Positions 51,600 to 64,000 of a DNA stretch of 64,000 nucleotides are shown here, in pieces (the first letter of the stretch is position 1; every line of letters begins with the position of its first letter). The notes below the pieces were generated by a model that saw only the letters and a program-made list of their open reading frames with translations, was not told the origin of the DNA and made no database searches. The position numbers were made by a program, and so were the translations under genes. The stretch is from positions 189,534,001 to 189,598,000 of the forward strand of contig NC_042998.1 of assembly GCF_006345805.1 (NCBI RefSeq), in the 5' to 3' direction. Source of the DNA: Octopus sinensis (lineage: Eukaryota).

Positions 51600-51790
51600 C
51601 ACACCCTATCACACAGCACAATTATTCCGCGAATGAGCCCTTAGATGACTTTTAAGACCAGCTGCTGACTGACAGGGTTTAAAACACAAGTGACAGATAT
51701 CATTCAGGTTTCTTTTACATCTTTGCCCTTTGGAATCTGATTCTGAAGAAATGTTTTTGTGAACTGGCTTATGTATTTTAGGTCCAGACA
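51600..51790 (-). pseudogene. RTE-like LINE ORF C-terminus with C2H2 finger
   Basis: ICHLCFKPCQSAAGLKSHLRAH followed by a stop, as in the C-terminal zinc finger of some RTE ORFs. A host zinc-finger exon is not excluded. Confidence 0.5.
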
Positions 51791-51873
51791 TAAATACATA
51801 CATACATACATACATACATACATACATACATACATGCTACATACATACATACATACATACATACATACATGCA

Positions 51874-52030
51874 GGACGAGCTTCTTTCAGTTTCCGTCTA
51901 CCAAATTCACTCAAAAGGCTTTGGTGGCCCGAAGCTATAGTAGAAGACACTTGCACAATGTTCCACACAGCGGGACTGAACCCGGAACCTTGTGGCTGGG
52001 AAGCAGGCTTCTTACCAAACAGCCACGCCT
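51874..52030 (-). mobile_element. Composite SINE head fragment
   Basis: cttctttcagtttccgtctaccaaat...cagccac, reverse of the family head. Confidence 0.7.
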
Positions 52031-52181
52031 GAGCCTACACACATACACACACATACGCACACACACTCTCTCTCACACACACACACTCACACACTCTCAC
52101 ACACACATACGCACGCACGCACGCACGCGCACACACACACACACTCACACACTCTCACACACATACGCACGCACGCACGCA

Positions 52182-52223
<42 letters not shown>

Positions 52224-52303
52224 CACACACTCTCACACACACACACGCGCACACACATACACACACACACTCACTCACACACACACACACACACACACAC
52301 TCA

Positions 52304-52336
<33 letters not shown>

Positions 52337-53419
52337 TTCTGTTAAATTCATTTTTATTCCATTTTGAAATGCAGTACAGTAGCGAAGAATTTTGTTTTGG
52401 GCGATCTCGTTACGAGTTTTCGTTAAAACGATCTTTCTTTATACCCCGTGAATTTCATTATAATGGTATTTCATTTCTATCTTCTTTTAATTGTGGTTAA
52501 TACCTTTAATAAATAGCGTATAGAAAAGCCATCATGCAAAAGTATTCTCGAAATGGCCCTTACATTTGCTTCAGTTGTTAAGGTAACTTCTTTTGGACAT
52601 CATAAATCTGAGCTGTTGGCTTTGATACTAACGTCAGTTATATATGCTAAAATATTCTTTTGTCGAACACTTCATGAAAATGGAGTACTGTGTCTATGAA
52701 ATGATGCAAGTGACGATATACCGTCTGAATAATTATCAATGTAACCTTCACAGAAATTCACAAGTTCAAGACAAAATTCTTATTGCTTCTTATTCTTTGG
52801 TGGTTTTACAACCATAATTCTCGCTACGAAACAATGAACTGGTGATGTACTGATCATTATTCAGATGGCATATCACCGCTAACTTCACCTTATAAACGCA
52901 ATGTTCCATGTTTTCATGGGCTTTCCAACAATAAAAGGCATTCAGAAGTGCTGTGTCATTCTGTATTTATCCAAGTAAAGCCGCCATCACATAAGAGCCT
53001 TTAAGTTTAGAGACTTTATTTCAACTGAATAGCCAAATTCTGATATTGAACTGCTAGTAATTCTAAGTAGTGTTAATCAGAATGTAAAATGCAGGTAATG
53101 ATACCAGTATTAGCATAACAAGAACATCAGAAGACTAAAATTACGAATTCCACTTCGTAAAATTTCGTTTTGATATTTTCAAAGAATATAAATACTCGCA
53201 ATTCCTAGCGTCTCTTCTTATTCTGTTATAGATTTCTACATCGGGCAAACAAATTCATAAGGGAGTGATCTCAGCTGATAGAAGAGTAATGGTCGGTACT
53301 TATTTTATTAAATTTGGAGTGGGTGGATGAAAGGTAAAAGCAACACCGGAATTTAAAAGAATGCAAATGGGATGGAAAAGCATTTAGTCAAGCGCTCCAC
53401 TATATCCGCCATTTCCTCT

Positions 53420-53604
53420 GTCTTCTTCTTCTCTTCTTCTTCTTCATCTTCTTCTTCTTCTTTTCTTCTTCTTCTTCTTCTTCTTCTTCTTCTTCTTCTT
53501 CTTCTTCTTCTTCTTCTCCCCTCCTCCTCCTCCTCCTCTTCCCCCTTCTTCTTCTTCTTCTTCTTCTTCTTCTTCTTCTCCTCCTCCTCCCCCCTCCCCT
53601 CCCC
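53420..53604. repeat. (CTT)n/(CCT)n microsatellite
   Basis: Directly visible. Confidence 0.95.
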
Positions 53605-54040
53605 ATTCGCCAGGATAATTAACTCAGGACGTAAAGATACGCAACTAAATATGGCATGGCATTTTAATGGACGCTTTGTCGCTTCTGCTTTGATATTGAG
53701 TGGAACATCGAAGACTTGGTTTAAAAAGAGAGGAAAACAACCAATTATTTACAGATAATTACACTATAATGCTGACATTTCATTTACATCAGTAGGAGAC
53801 ATCGCTTTGTTATTTCTTCAATTTGACTTCTGTTAAACATACGTAACCAAAATTTACTACGCTGATTTCAGTATTTAGTTTGTTACTCATATTTGTAATA
53901 CTCAGTCTAAAGTTTCAAAATATTACCACTTTGTTGTACAAGTGAAGAGACAATAGCTGATAATACGAGAACCAAAATTCATATCTATGTATGTATGAAT
54001 GTATATATATATATATGTATACACACACACACATAATATA

Positions 54041-54615
54041 CAGGATTATTCAAAACGAATGAACCGATTTCATTACGCAATATTTTAGCAAGGTGAAGTA
54101 ATACAAAACTCCAGCTAAGTCACAAGTATTTACTCACAATCAACTTTTATTTTCTGTCTTACAAGTGTTCAATATGGCCACCACCTGCAGCTGCAGCACG
54201 AGCAACATAAGTGCGATAAAAGGATTCCTCTCAGACGCAAATCAGTCTGTCACGATCCACTGAGTTGATCACTGGTGTTATTCGATGTTTATGGTCGTCG
54301 AGGTTAGTGGGTAGCTGTGGAACATAAACGCGATCTTTTACATGTCCTCACAAGAAAAAAATCGCACACGGTGGATCACACACGATGGATCACACACTCA
54401 GTGGATCGTGTTATGCTGATACGCGCCTGGGAGGAATTCTCTTATCACATTGATGTTGCCCGTGCTGCAGGTGGTGGCCACATTGAACACTTGTAAGAAA
54501 GGAAATAAAAGTTGATTCTGACTAAATACTTGTGACTTAGCTGGAGTTTTCTAATGCTGTTCCTTATTAAAATATTGCGTAATGAAATCAGTTCATTCCT
54601 TTTTGAATAACCTTG
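54041..54615. mobile_element. TA-flanked Tc1/mariner-superfamily fold-back MITE
   Basis: ~220-bp inverted arms. The minus strand of the left part reads CDFFL*GHVKDRVYVPQLPTNLDDHKHRIT...GGGHIEHL*, a transposase C-terminus. Confidence 0.8.
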
Positions 54616-54737
54616 TATGTGTGCGTGTGTGTATCTATATACACACACTCGTAAATCTTATAAAGCGGAACAAATTCAACAGTTTCAAACGGTAAAGTGT
54701 TGCAAAAAATTATATACATAAATTCACATAGTGTATT

Positions 54738-54744
54738 TTATACA

Positions 54745-54778
<34 letters not shown>

Positions 54779-54844
54779 CATACATACATACATATATACA
54801 TACATACATACATATATACATACATACATACATATATACATACA

Positions 54845-54878
<34 letters not shown>

Positions 54879-55368
54879 CATACATACATACATACATACA
54901 TCCATACATCCACCCTCCATACATACATATATACATACATACATACATACATACATACATACATACATACATACATACATACATAATACATACATACTAC
55001 TACACCTACATACATAACACACAACACATACATACATACATACATACATACATACATACATACATACATACATCCATACATCCACTCCATACATACATAC
55101 ATCATATCTACATACATACTACATATATACATACATACATATATACATACATACATACATATATACATACATACATACATACATAATACATACATACATA
55201 CATACATACATACATAACACACACACATACATACATACATACATACATACATACATACATACATCCATACATCCATCCATACATACATACATATACACAT
55301 ACATACATACATACATACATACATACATACATACATACATACATACATACATAACACACACACACATA
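54738..55368. repeat. (CATA)n compound microsatellite
   Basis: Directly visible. Confidence 0.97.
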
Positions 55369-55787
55369 TATTGATAATAAGGAAAATGAAGAATTTGAAA
55401 TTCAAACTTTATGTTTATTCCCAGTTAGTTCATTCATAATTGTTCGACACGTGTTTTTATTATAAATAAACTAATTGGAAACAAGCATAAAGTTTGAATG
55501 TTCAAATTCTCCGTTATTCTCCTTATTATAAATTCTCCTTAATATCAATATTGTACTTTACACTCTAAGTAGCCAAAAAATAAACTGTAACATCGGATGG
55601 CAGTTAAAGTAAGTTTACCAAAAAAAAACGCACCATCTGAAAGAACCAGCCCTAGCATTTTACATAGAGAAATTCCGCATCTGTCTGGATACTATACCCC
55701 TCCTCTTACTATATATATATATATATATTATATATATATATATATATTATATATATATATAATAATAATAATAATATAATAATAATA

Positions 55788-55823
<36 letters not shown>

Positions 55824-55835
55824 TAATAATAATAC

Positions 55836-57160
55836 CAGTCCAGTAATAAAGAAAAGGAAACGGAATAGAAACTCCCTTACTCCCCGGAGTGACCTTTAAT
55901 ATAGGTAAATATTTCTTATCACTTATAGATAGGCATATTCCAATCAGAATTACAGAAAGCTCTTCAATAGGCATAACCTAAAAATTAGTTTTAGCTCAAC
56001 TACTAATTTTAGAAATATAATTGTACACAACACACAAAAACAATAAAATGAAACCAGCTGTTCATGCAGGGATAAATATTTGTGCCCGCTAAATGGAGCT
56101 TGCATGTCCGAGACCATCATTTATGAAGCCACCGTAGACTCTACAACTACTAAGGACATAGTTTTGTCAAAGAAATATGTGGGTCTCACAGAAGGGAACT
56201 TCAAATCCAGGTTCAACAATCACACCTTGAGCAGACACTGGAAAAAAAAGAAAAATAACCAAATTATCCAGTTATATATGGTCCTTAAAAGAAAAAGGTG
56301 TCAACTATAACATCCATTGGAAGATCTTAGCCAAGTGTAAGTCTTACACCAACGGCAGTGGAAAGTGCGGTCTTTGTGATATGGAAAGATGGCTTATCTA
56401 GAAAAGCAGCTTAGAGCCCGCTACATGTCTAAATTCAAGAACTGAACTTTTTGGATTATGTCCGCATATGGCTAAATATTTGCTACGTTTTTGGTTCCCC
56501 CAAGATAACAGATAAAACTTGCTTTTTATATTGTCCACGTACAAGCATTTCATTTCTTATATATATATATTTATATCTTTATATATTTATATATTTTATT
56601 GCTTTATATATTTTTATATATTTTTCTGTGCAATACTTTTCACCCTGCATATTTGTGCATGTGCGTATAGAGACGTGTGTATGAACATAATTGTGCGCGT
56701 ATGGGTATATATACGTGTGTGTGTGCGTGTGGCGGGTATGTATATGTGTACATATATATGGATGCATATATATGTATATCTAAAGGTGTGTGAGTGGGTG
56801 TGCATATATGTGTTTCATGCAAGTGTGAATGAGCATATGCATATATGCACATACACGTAGGTGTGCGTGCACACATGTCTATGTATGTACATGCGCGCAT
56901 ACGTGGATTCTATGAGCGTGGGTTTACCTTCTTCGAGTATTTTTACTTTCTCCCTATTCGGGTAATTTCCCTTTATTTAACGGTCATTCTCATAGCTCTT
57001 TTGTTTGTCTTAATAACGGTCATCTTCATAGTATTTTCCTCTTATTTAACGGTCATTTTCATAGCATTTTTGTTTGTTTTAATAATTGCCGAGATGCCGG
57101 AGCAGAATTCCGCCTCGACATTCGAAACTCTGAGTTTTATTATGGCAACCGACTAATTGT
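55836..57160 (+). mobile_element. 5'-truncated, frameshifted Penelope-like element
   Basis: CSCRDKYLCPLNGACMSETIIYEATV...KYVGLTEGNFKSRFNNH, then WKILAKCKSYTNGSGKCGLCDMER and LNSRTELFGLCPH (GIY-YIG domain). Lies between TAA/TA arrays. Confidence 0.85.
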
Positions 57161-57222
57161 CACATATTATATTATATTATATTATATTATATTATATTAC
57201 ATCATATTATATTATATCTATA

Positions 57223-57284
<62 letters not shown>

Positions 57285-57309
57285 GCTACTCACGCATGCA
57301 CACACATAT

Positions 57310-57760
57310 ATAGAGAAATTAGGAATCAGTTGATGAGTTACTCCATTATTAATCAGAATTTCATGTACATGTAGTACACGTATGCTCATTCAGGTAATAT
57401 TTGGTTAACTGATGAAATAATGTGTCCGGAACATGCCAGCTAGATCGATACTCTCTGGTCGAGGCAGATCAATGGCAGTTGACCAGAAATATCATTATTA
57501 CTGGCTGAAGTGCTATAGCGTAAGTGAAAGAATATAATCCGACATGTCGCTATTAGGAAGTACGATTGTTGGATCCGTTGGCTGTTGAGTTAGTTGGCGG
57601 TCGATCTCAGAGATGAGAAAGCTATCCAAGAGGAATTTCCCCCGATGACGACAACTAGACAACATTTTTGATCTCCAGTTAAGTACTAGCTGTTTTAACA
57701 CCCGGAACCTTTCAGTTTGGCATAGCTTTCAGTAGAGTCCTTTGTATGAGATATTATTTT
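57310..57760 (-). mobile_element. Penelope-like 3'-end fragment
   Basis: LNWRSKMLSSCRHRGKFLL resembles the PLE terminal LN-RSE--S-CRH--K motif. Confidence 0.55.
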
Positions 57761-58523
57761 TGCCACTGTTTCGATGTATTGAGTGAATGCACCCCCCCCC
57801 CAAAAAAAAACAAAACAAAAAGTGGGGGAATACTTATGTAAGTAAATGCTTTATTACATCAAGATACAAAAATACCAAACTCTAATAAGAATGGAATATG
57901 TCTGTAATTGTCTTCCATACATGCTGATGAATAAAAAAAAAAGACAGAAACAAGCGAAAAAGAAAAAACGAAAAGGTTAAAACACCAAACGAAAAATAAA
58001 AGCTCAGGGTTTAATTTAGTTTTTCCCTCCGTGTAATTTGTTCCTTGCTTAGCTTTTTAATGCTCCAGCTATTTAGATATGCTTTCATTGACTTAGCGAT
58101 TACTTATTTTGCCGATGGTATCTCTGAATATTTAATTTTCAAAAGAACATCGTTAACGACCAGCTGTGGTTCTTTTAAGTGGACGTAGCAGAAGATGCTT
58201 TTATGTCTCATACGCAGAAACGAAAATACTAAGTTAGAGAAAATGTTCTTGGTTGTTGTCATTGTTTAATCTCAGTTCTGGGCTGATGGAGCAGATATGT
58301 AACCAAATACATATCTGATGGGACATTCTCGTTTTGTTATATAACAATCTTTAACGTGCCCTCTCTTTTTTTTTTCTCATTATCATACTAAAGAGTGGTT
58401 TAAGGGGAATGTGAATGCTACTTCTAGCAGGTCGAGTGCACACACAGTGGCTCCTCCGTTGGCTTGAACTTTCGTTAGTAATTTTTTAAATTTTTATCTC
58501 GGATTGAGTGTAATACTAATTGT

Positions 58524-58953
58524 AGATCTTTTCGGTTTGAACGGCAGTTTTTTCTAGCGGTGTCATGTCACCTTTAATTATGACCCTAGTATCGATCTAT
58601 TGCATTTCAGTCTATTTTAGGGTTAGGGTTAGAGTTAGGGTTAGTTAGGGTTAGGGGTGGGGGAAGGGTATATTTTTTTCTTCAGAAATGTAAATAAACC
58701 CAATCTATTTCTTAAACGAGGGACATTTTCATACGGCACAGAATGTTTTCACCTCAATAGACGTCATTGATTGGTTGAAATTGTAGAAATTGAAGAAAAA
58801 CAACAACAAATATCTTACAGACTATAGAATTTTCTCAATAAAGCCAAGAGAAAAAGATGTTTTATAAACACATTCTACCAGTATACGAAGTTAAAATTTT
58901 TTTAGTTACGTAAAAATTATTTTAAAAAACTGCCGTTCAAACCGAAAGGATCC
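58524..58953. mobile_element. MITE with ~28-bp TIRs and 8-bp TSD (Merlin-like)
   Basis: ctaattgt|agatcttttcggtttgaacggcagttttt ... aaaaactgccgttcaaaccgaaaggatcc|ctaattgt. Confidence 0.85.
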
Positions 58954-60547
58954 CTAATTGTCACTAAGCCATATAGTGGCTGTAGGTTATACATTTGGCA
59001 GGATACTCTATTTTTATCGAACCCCCAAAATGACAAACGGCGACGTTACCTCGATGAGATTTGAAACCAGAATGTAAAAGAGCTGTAACTAAATAACGCC
59101 AGAGTACGTATTTTGTTCGGCGCTCTGACGATTAATGTTATCAAAGAAATTTCCATCGCAAAGCTGAAAATGTCAAAAACTAACGCGGTATTAGCAACAC
59201 ACCAGTCTTGATCTTCTGACAATAATCTACATCCTTCCTGCTTGGCTGCTGCATTACCAAGAAATGAGTAGCAAATGAGTAAATGGAACTCTTCGATGAA
59301 ATCGTTTTTACATAATTATTACTTTATTTGCCTCTTTTCCTGCACTCATTCTTTTTATCTTCATTTACTAATAATTATTTAATCTCCTCTTTTTAAATCT
59401 CCTTATTTTAATATGTTCTCCTTTATTATTTCCTTTTTAGTTTCTTACCGCTTCCTTTTCTCTTCCTGTGATATTTTCTTTCGATATTCCAGCAGTTCTG
59501 ACTCACCACTGTTTTCTTTAATGTATTCTCTTCTTTTCTAGTTATTTCGCTATTTGCTTTAATCGTATATTGCTCGTTCAAGTAAAAGTAGTCACTTCCT
59601 TCCCATGGCGTCTTTTTATATTCGTACACCGAACATAAGACGGAATAAAGCTATTGTCGTTGATATCTGAGCCGGTGTGCAGGTACCTGTGTATGAAGAA
59701 ACGTGTATGTGTGTCTTATACATACACACACACATAAGTATGTATGTACATATGTATGTGTGTGTGCGTGTGTGTGTGTGATTAAGCGCGTGGGGGTAAG
59801 TGTGCATTCGCTTATCTCTAAGCAGATAAAAAGCATAGGTGCAATCAATGATGGGTGAAAGGACGCATAAAATGGACTCGTCCTATTTTCAGAACGAAGA
59901 TAATACTTTGTTGGGAAATACTTTCCCCGTGATATTCCGTTCTTCCATCTCAAATGTCAACGGTCAATTTGACTGATTATGATACGAACACACACACACT
60001 CTCTCTCTCTTTCGTCTCTCTCTCTCTCACTCTCTCTCTCTCTTTTCCGGTCTCTCTCTCTCTTTTCCGGTCTCTCTCTCTCTCTCACACGCGCGCACGC
60101 ACAGAAATGCATAAGCATAGAGAATTCCAGTAAGCAACAGAACGGTTGGCAAAACATTTTTGACATAGTAAATTTAGTAGAAACGGTAGAGCGTCCGACT
60201 GACTGTATTGCGAAATTATTTATCTCGTTTCTTTAGTATTAACCGGACCCAACCCAGTCTTGAAATCACTTTCTTTTCTTTTACTGTTTTGTCCCTGGTT
60301 TCACTTTAATTGACTGCGACCATGCTACCCCAATTCTTTATTACTTATTTCATTAAAGACTTTGAGGTAAACAGAGATAATTCGGTTGGAGATTAAATAG
60401 TACGGGGTATTTATGTCCGAATGTGTCGGTTCTCATTCTACGCAGCAAATGCATTAAAAACATACCCACTTACATACATACATACATGCATACATACATA
60501 CATTCATACATACAACATACGCACGCACACACACACGCGCGCGCATA

Positions 60548-61868
60548 TAAGATTGAGTAAAAAGTAAGCAACGTTTTGAACCATGAAGAATTTGTTCTGG
60601 ATTTTTGCAGAGTTTTGAATTTTTTAAACATTTTTTTTGCAATTGTCTGATAATGCAGACATAGAATTGCCCAAAGGCATCGATAAATTAACATTGATAT
60701 TTTTTTCACCGTTATTACAATAATCTGAAATGGAACTGTAAAAGCGCGAATTCGAGCAATTTTGTTATTCAACTTATTCAACGTAAACCGCTGAAACTGC
60801 TCGCGATATCAACGAAACTTTTGGTCAGAAAACGACCAGTGAATGGTCAGCTTAAAAATGGTTTAAACGATTTCGCAGGCGAGACCTAAGCCTTGAAGAT
60901 CGTGAATGTAGTGGATGCCCATTTGTCATCGATGACGGTCAATTAAAGACCGTCATTGAGAAAGATCCGCGTAAAACCATTCGAGAACTGACAAAAGAAT
61001 TTCAAGTTAGCCAGAAAACTGCTTGCAACTATTTGCATGCGATCGGAAATTCAAACAAGCTCGACAAATGGGTACCACACGATTTGAATGAAAATCACAA
61101 AATGCGCAAATATGAAATTTGCTCGTCGTTTCTTCTCAATTTCTCGACCGTATTGTAACTTGCGATGAAACGTGGATTCTGTACCAAAAAAAAAAACAAA
61201 CAAACCCAAAAAACAAACATTCTTCGCAGTGCTTGGAAGCACCGAAAAACTTCTCTAAACTCAAGCTCTGGACTGATCCACTATAACTTCTTAAAACCTG
61301 GAAAAACCATTACTGCAGAAACATATTGCCATGAAATGGCAAAAATGAACGAAAAACTGCTACTCCTCTGTTCCAGAATAGTCAACAGAAGAGGACCATT
61401 AATGACGCCCCAGAATTTAATTTAATTTAAATTTAATTTAATTTTTTGGCCCCAAAAGCAAAAGCAAGGCCAAGTAGGGGGACATGGAGTTATGTACAGG
61501 GAGGGTGTTCATACAAAAAGTTCAGGCCATTTCTGGTCAAGAGAGACTTTGAACCGGGCGGTCGTCGGCATTTATTTGAGGGAACTTGGCTACTAAGTTC
61601 TTCCTCACCCAGCTTATTCCCCAGAGCTTTCTCCTATCGACTACCACCTTTTCAAGCACCTGGATGGTTTCCTGCGAGAGAAAGAGTTCAAAAATCAAAC
61701 CGATGCTGAAAGTGGGTTCAAAGAGCTCATCAGCTCCAAAACTCTAGATTTTTATGCTACTGGAATAAACAAACTTGTAACTCGTTGACAAGAATGTGTT
61801 GATGGTAATGGTTCTTACTTTGATGAATAAAATTTCAGCATTGTTGAAATATATTGTGACGAATTTCG

Positions 61869-61870
<2 letters not shown>
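60548..61870 (+). pseudogene. Degenerate mariner transposon
   Basis: WFKRFR, LDKWVPHDLNE, IVTCDETWIL and AYSPELSPIDYHLF motifs, with stops, deletions and an insertion at ~61415-61595. Confidence 0.85.
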
Positions 61871-61922
<52 letters not shown>

Positions 61923-62793
61923 GAGACACAGACCATAGGATTGCACCACGTCTACGGGTTGTAGACGTGCAAGTGAAAAATACAAAATAAAACTCCACAG
62001 TCAATTTTGTATTGGTCCAATTTCGAAATTAAAGCACTATGGTTGAGCGTTTTTTGGCGTATTCTTACAAGACGTTGGAGCATGGCTTCTTCCTGTTCCC
62101 TTATATAATTTTATAATGTATATATAATTATTATTTTAGTATAATTTAACCACAAGGTTTTATAGCATGTTGGCCACTTGATATTATCATTTACATGATT
62201 TTATCCTTGTTTATATAAATATATAAATAAATAAATAAATAAAATATTTATGCTCCGGATCGGAACTGTATTGCTTTGAGGCTATTTCGGCTTAAATAAT
62301 ACGCGGCTAAAAGGAAAAGTAAAAATTTTACTTTATTTTGAAGCATAAGCGCAGATATTTGCACATGCTCGTACGAATTTGTTTCGTGGGGGGCATGTGT
62401 AAATATTTGTGACTATGTTTCTTTGAATATCGTGTTGAGGATGGGAAATAAATTATTTTACTGCTTTAATCTCGAAATTGGACTGTGGAGTTTTATTTTG
62501 TATTTTTCATTTGCCCGTTTACAACGCGTATTTTTGCAGGAGCTAAAGGTAGTTTATAATGTTTTTTTGGCGTATTCTTACATGTTGGAGCAGGGTTTTT
62601 TCCTGTTCCCTTACATAATTATATAATGTATATATATAATTATTATTTTAGTATAATATAACCATATGGTTTTATAGCATGTTGGCCACTTGATATTATC
62701 ATTTATATGATTTTTCCTTGGTTATATATATATATATATATATAGTCTATTTTCAGCATATAGGCTTCAAAAAATTTTTTCTATGTCCTTAAT

Positions 62794-62824
<31 letters not shown>

Positions 62825-62982
62825 TATATATATATGTATAATTATAAATTAGGGTATCTGCAAGATACCACCATGCTGAATATAGCAGCCATGTTCTGAC
62901 TCTAAAACCACATTAATTGTCCATATATCGACACGGAGATAAAACAAAGAGACAAGATGAAACTAGTAAAAAATTACTGGAT

Positions 62983-63025
<43 letters not shown>

Positions 63026-63034
63026 ATATTATAT

Positions 63035-63069
<35 letters not shown>

Positions 63070-63330
63070 CTCCCCTTTAAGTTTGTTTGCGGGAAACGTT
63101 TTTGAGTACGCAGATAACAGCTTCTAATTTATTATGTCGGCTACGGCCTAATGATTCCAACATGCAACAGCAGTTTTATGGGATCGTACCGAGCTGCACC
63201 GACATAACGTAGGATAGATGTAGTAATAATAATATCTATGGCTGGAATTTATAAATATTTTATGTGACGTGTGATTTGTGGAAATGCGCGTGGTGATACA
63301 TTAAAATATTTATAAATTCCATTCGTGGAC

Positions 63331-63341
63331 TACTACTACTA

Positions 63342-63421
<80 letters not shown>
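63331..63421. repeat. (TAC)n/(TGC)n microsatellite
   Basis: Directly visible. Confidence 0.95.
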
Positions 63422-63422
<1 letters not shown>

Positions 63423-63596
63423 TATGTGACACATTAGTGTTTGTCGTTATGTCAACTTATATGTAAAAAAAACAATAATATGAAACTGAAGGATTATTCG
63501 CTACCGTTCAGTAGGGTGTATATTAAGCTTTGACAAGGAAGAGGTTGACAGCGACTTGGAAGGTTCCACTCGAGGATATGATAAAAGAAATTTACC

Positions 63597-63829
63597 TATT
63601 TCTTTATTATCCACAAGGGGCTAAACACAGAGGGGACAAACAAGGACAGACATAGGTATTAAGTCGATTACATCGACCCCAGTGCGTAACTGGTACTTAA
63701 TTTATCGACCCCGAAAGGATGAAAGGCAAAGTCGACCTCGGCGGAATTTGAACTCACAACGTAACGCAGACGAAATACCGCTAAGCATTTCGCCCGGCGT
63801 GCTAACGTTTCTGCCAGCTCCCCGCCTTT
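63597..63829 (-). mobile_element. tRNA-related SINE
   Basis: Full copy, with TSD aaaagaaatttacc (63583 / 63831). Confidence 0.88.
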
Positions 63830-64000
63830 TAAAAGAAATTTACCGCAGCTGACATGTTCTGGGATCGAACCAGAAACATCATTATTGCGAAGAGAACATT
63901 TTAACCATTTAACAATACCTGCGTCCTGCAAATGAGTTAATTCATTGAATAAACCTCCAATACTTTACTTGTATTTATTTTGTCAGCGCTGGAATGGTAG

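Noticed and set aside
57408-57435. CTGATGA...GGAAC hammerhead candidate on plus strand
   Set aside because: No stem II pairing and no GAAA box.

Overview
This is repeat-saturated, AT-rich animal genomic DNA. The SINE, RTE and microsatellite repertoire suggests an octopod cephalopod (inferred, not verified). The only host gene I can support is the 5' part of a spliced mitochondrial pentatricopeptide-repeat gene (PTCD1) on the minus strand: five coding exons from 9865 down to 355, with the gene continuing off the left edge. The rest is transposon debris: tRNA-derived SINEs, 5'-truncated RTE LINEs, non-autonomous Helitrons, Tc1/mariner, piggyBac- and Merlin-type MITEs, and Penelope-like elements (PLEs), plus long (CATA)n, (TA)n and (CA)n arrays that generate most of the ORF track. 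The most notable signal is a set of type I hammerhead-ribozyme motifs. Three sit in a ~350-bp non-coding tandem/inverted repeat at 24.8-25.6 kb that looks like a non-LTR retrozyme (a candidate circular-RNA retroelement). Others sit in the inverted pseudo-LTRs of PLE-type elements at 29-32 kb and 49-50.6 kb. One SINE is also flanked by an unusually long (~95 bp) target-site duplication.
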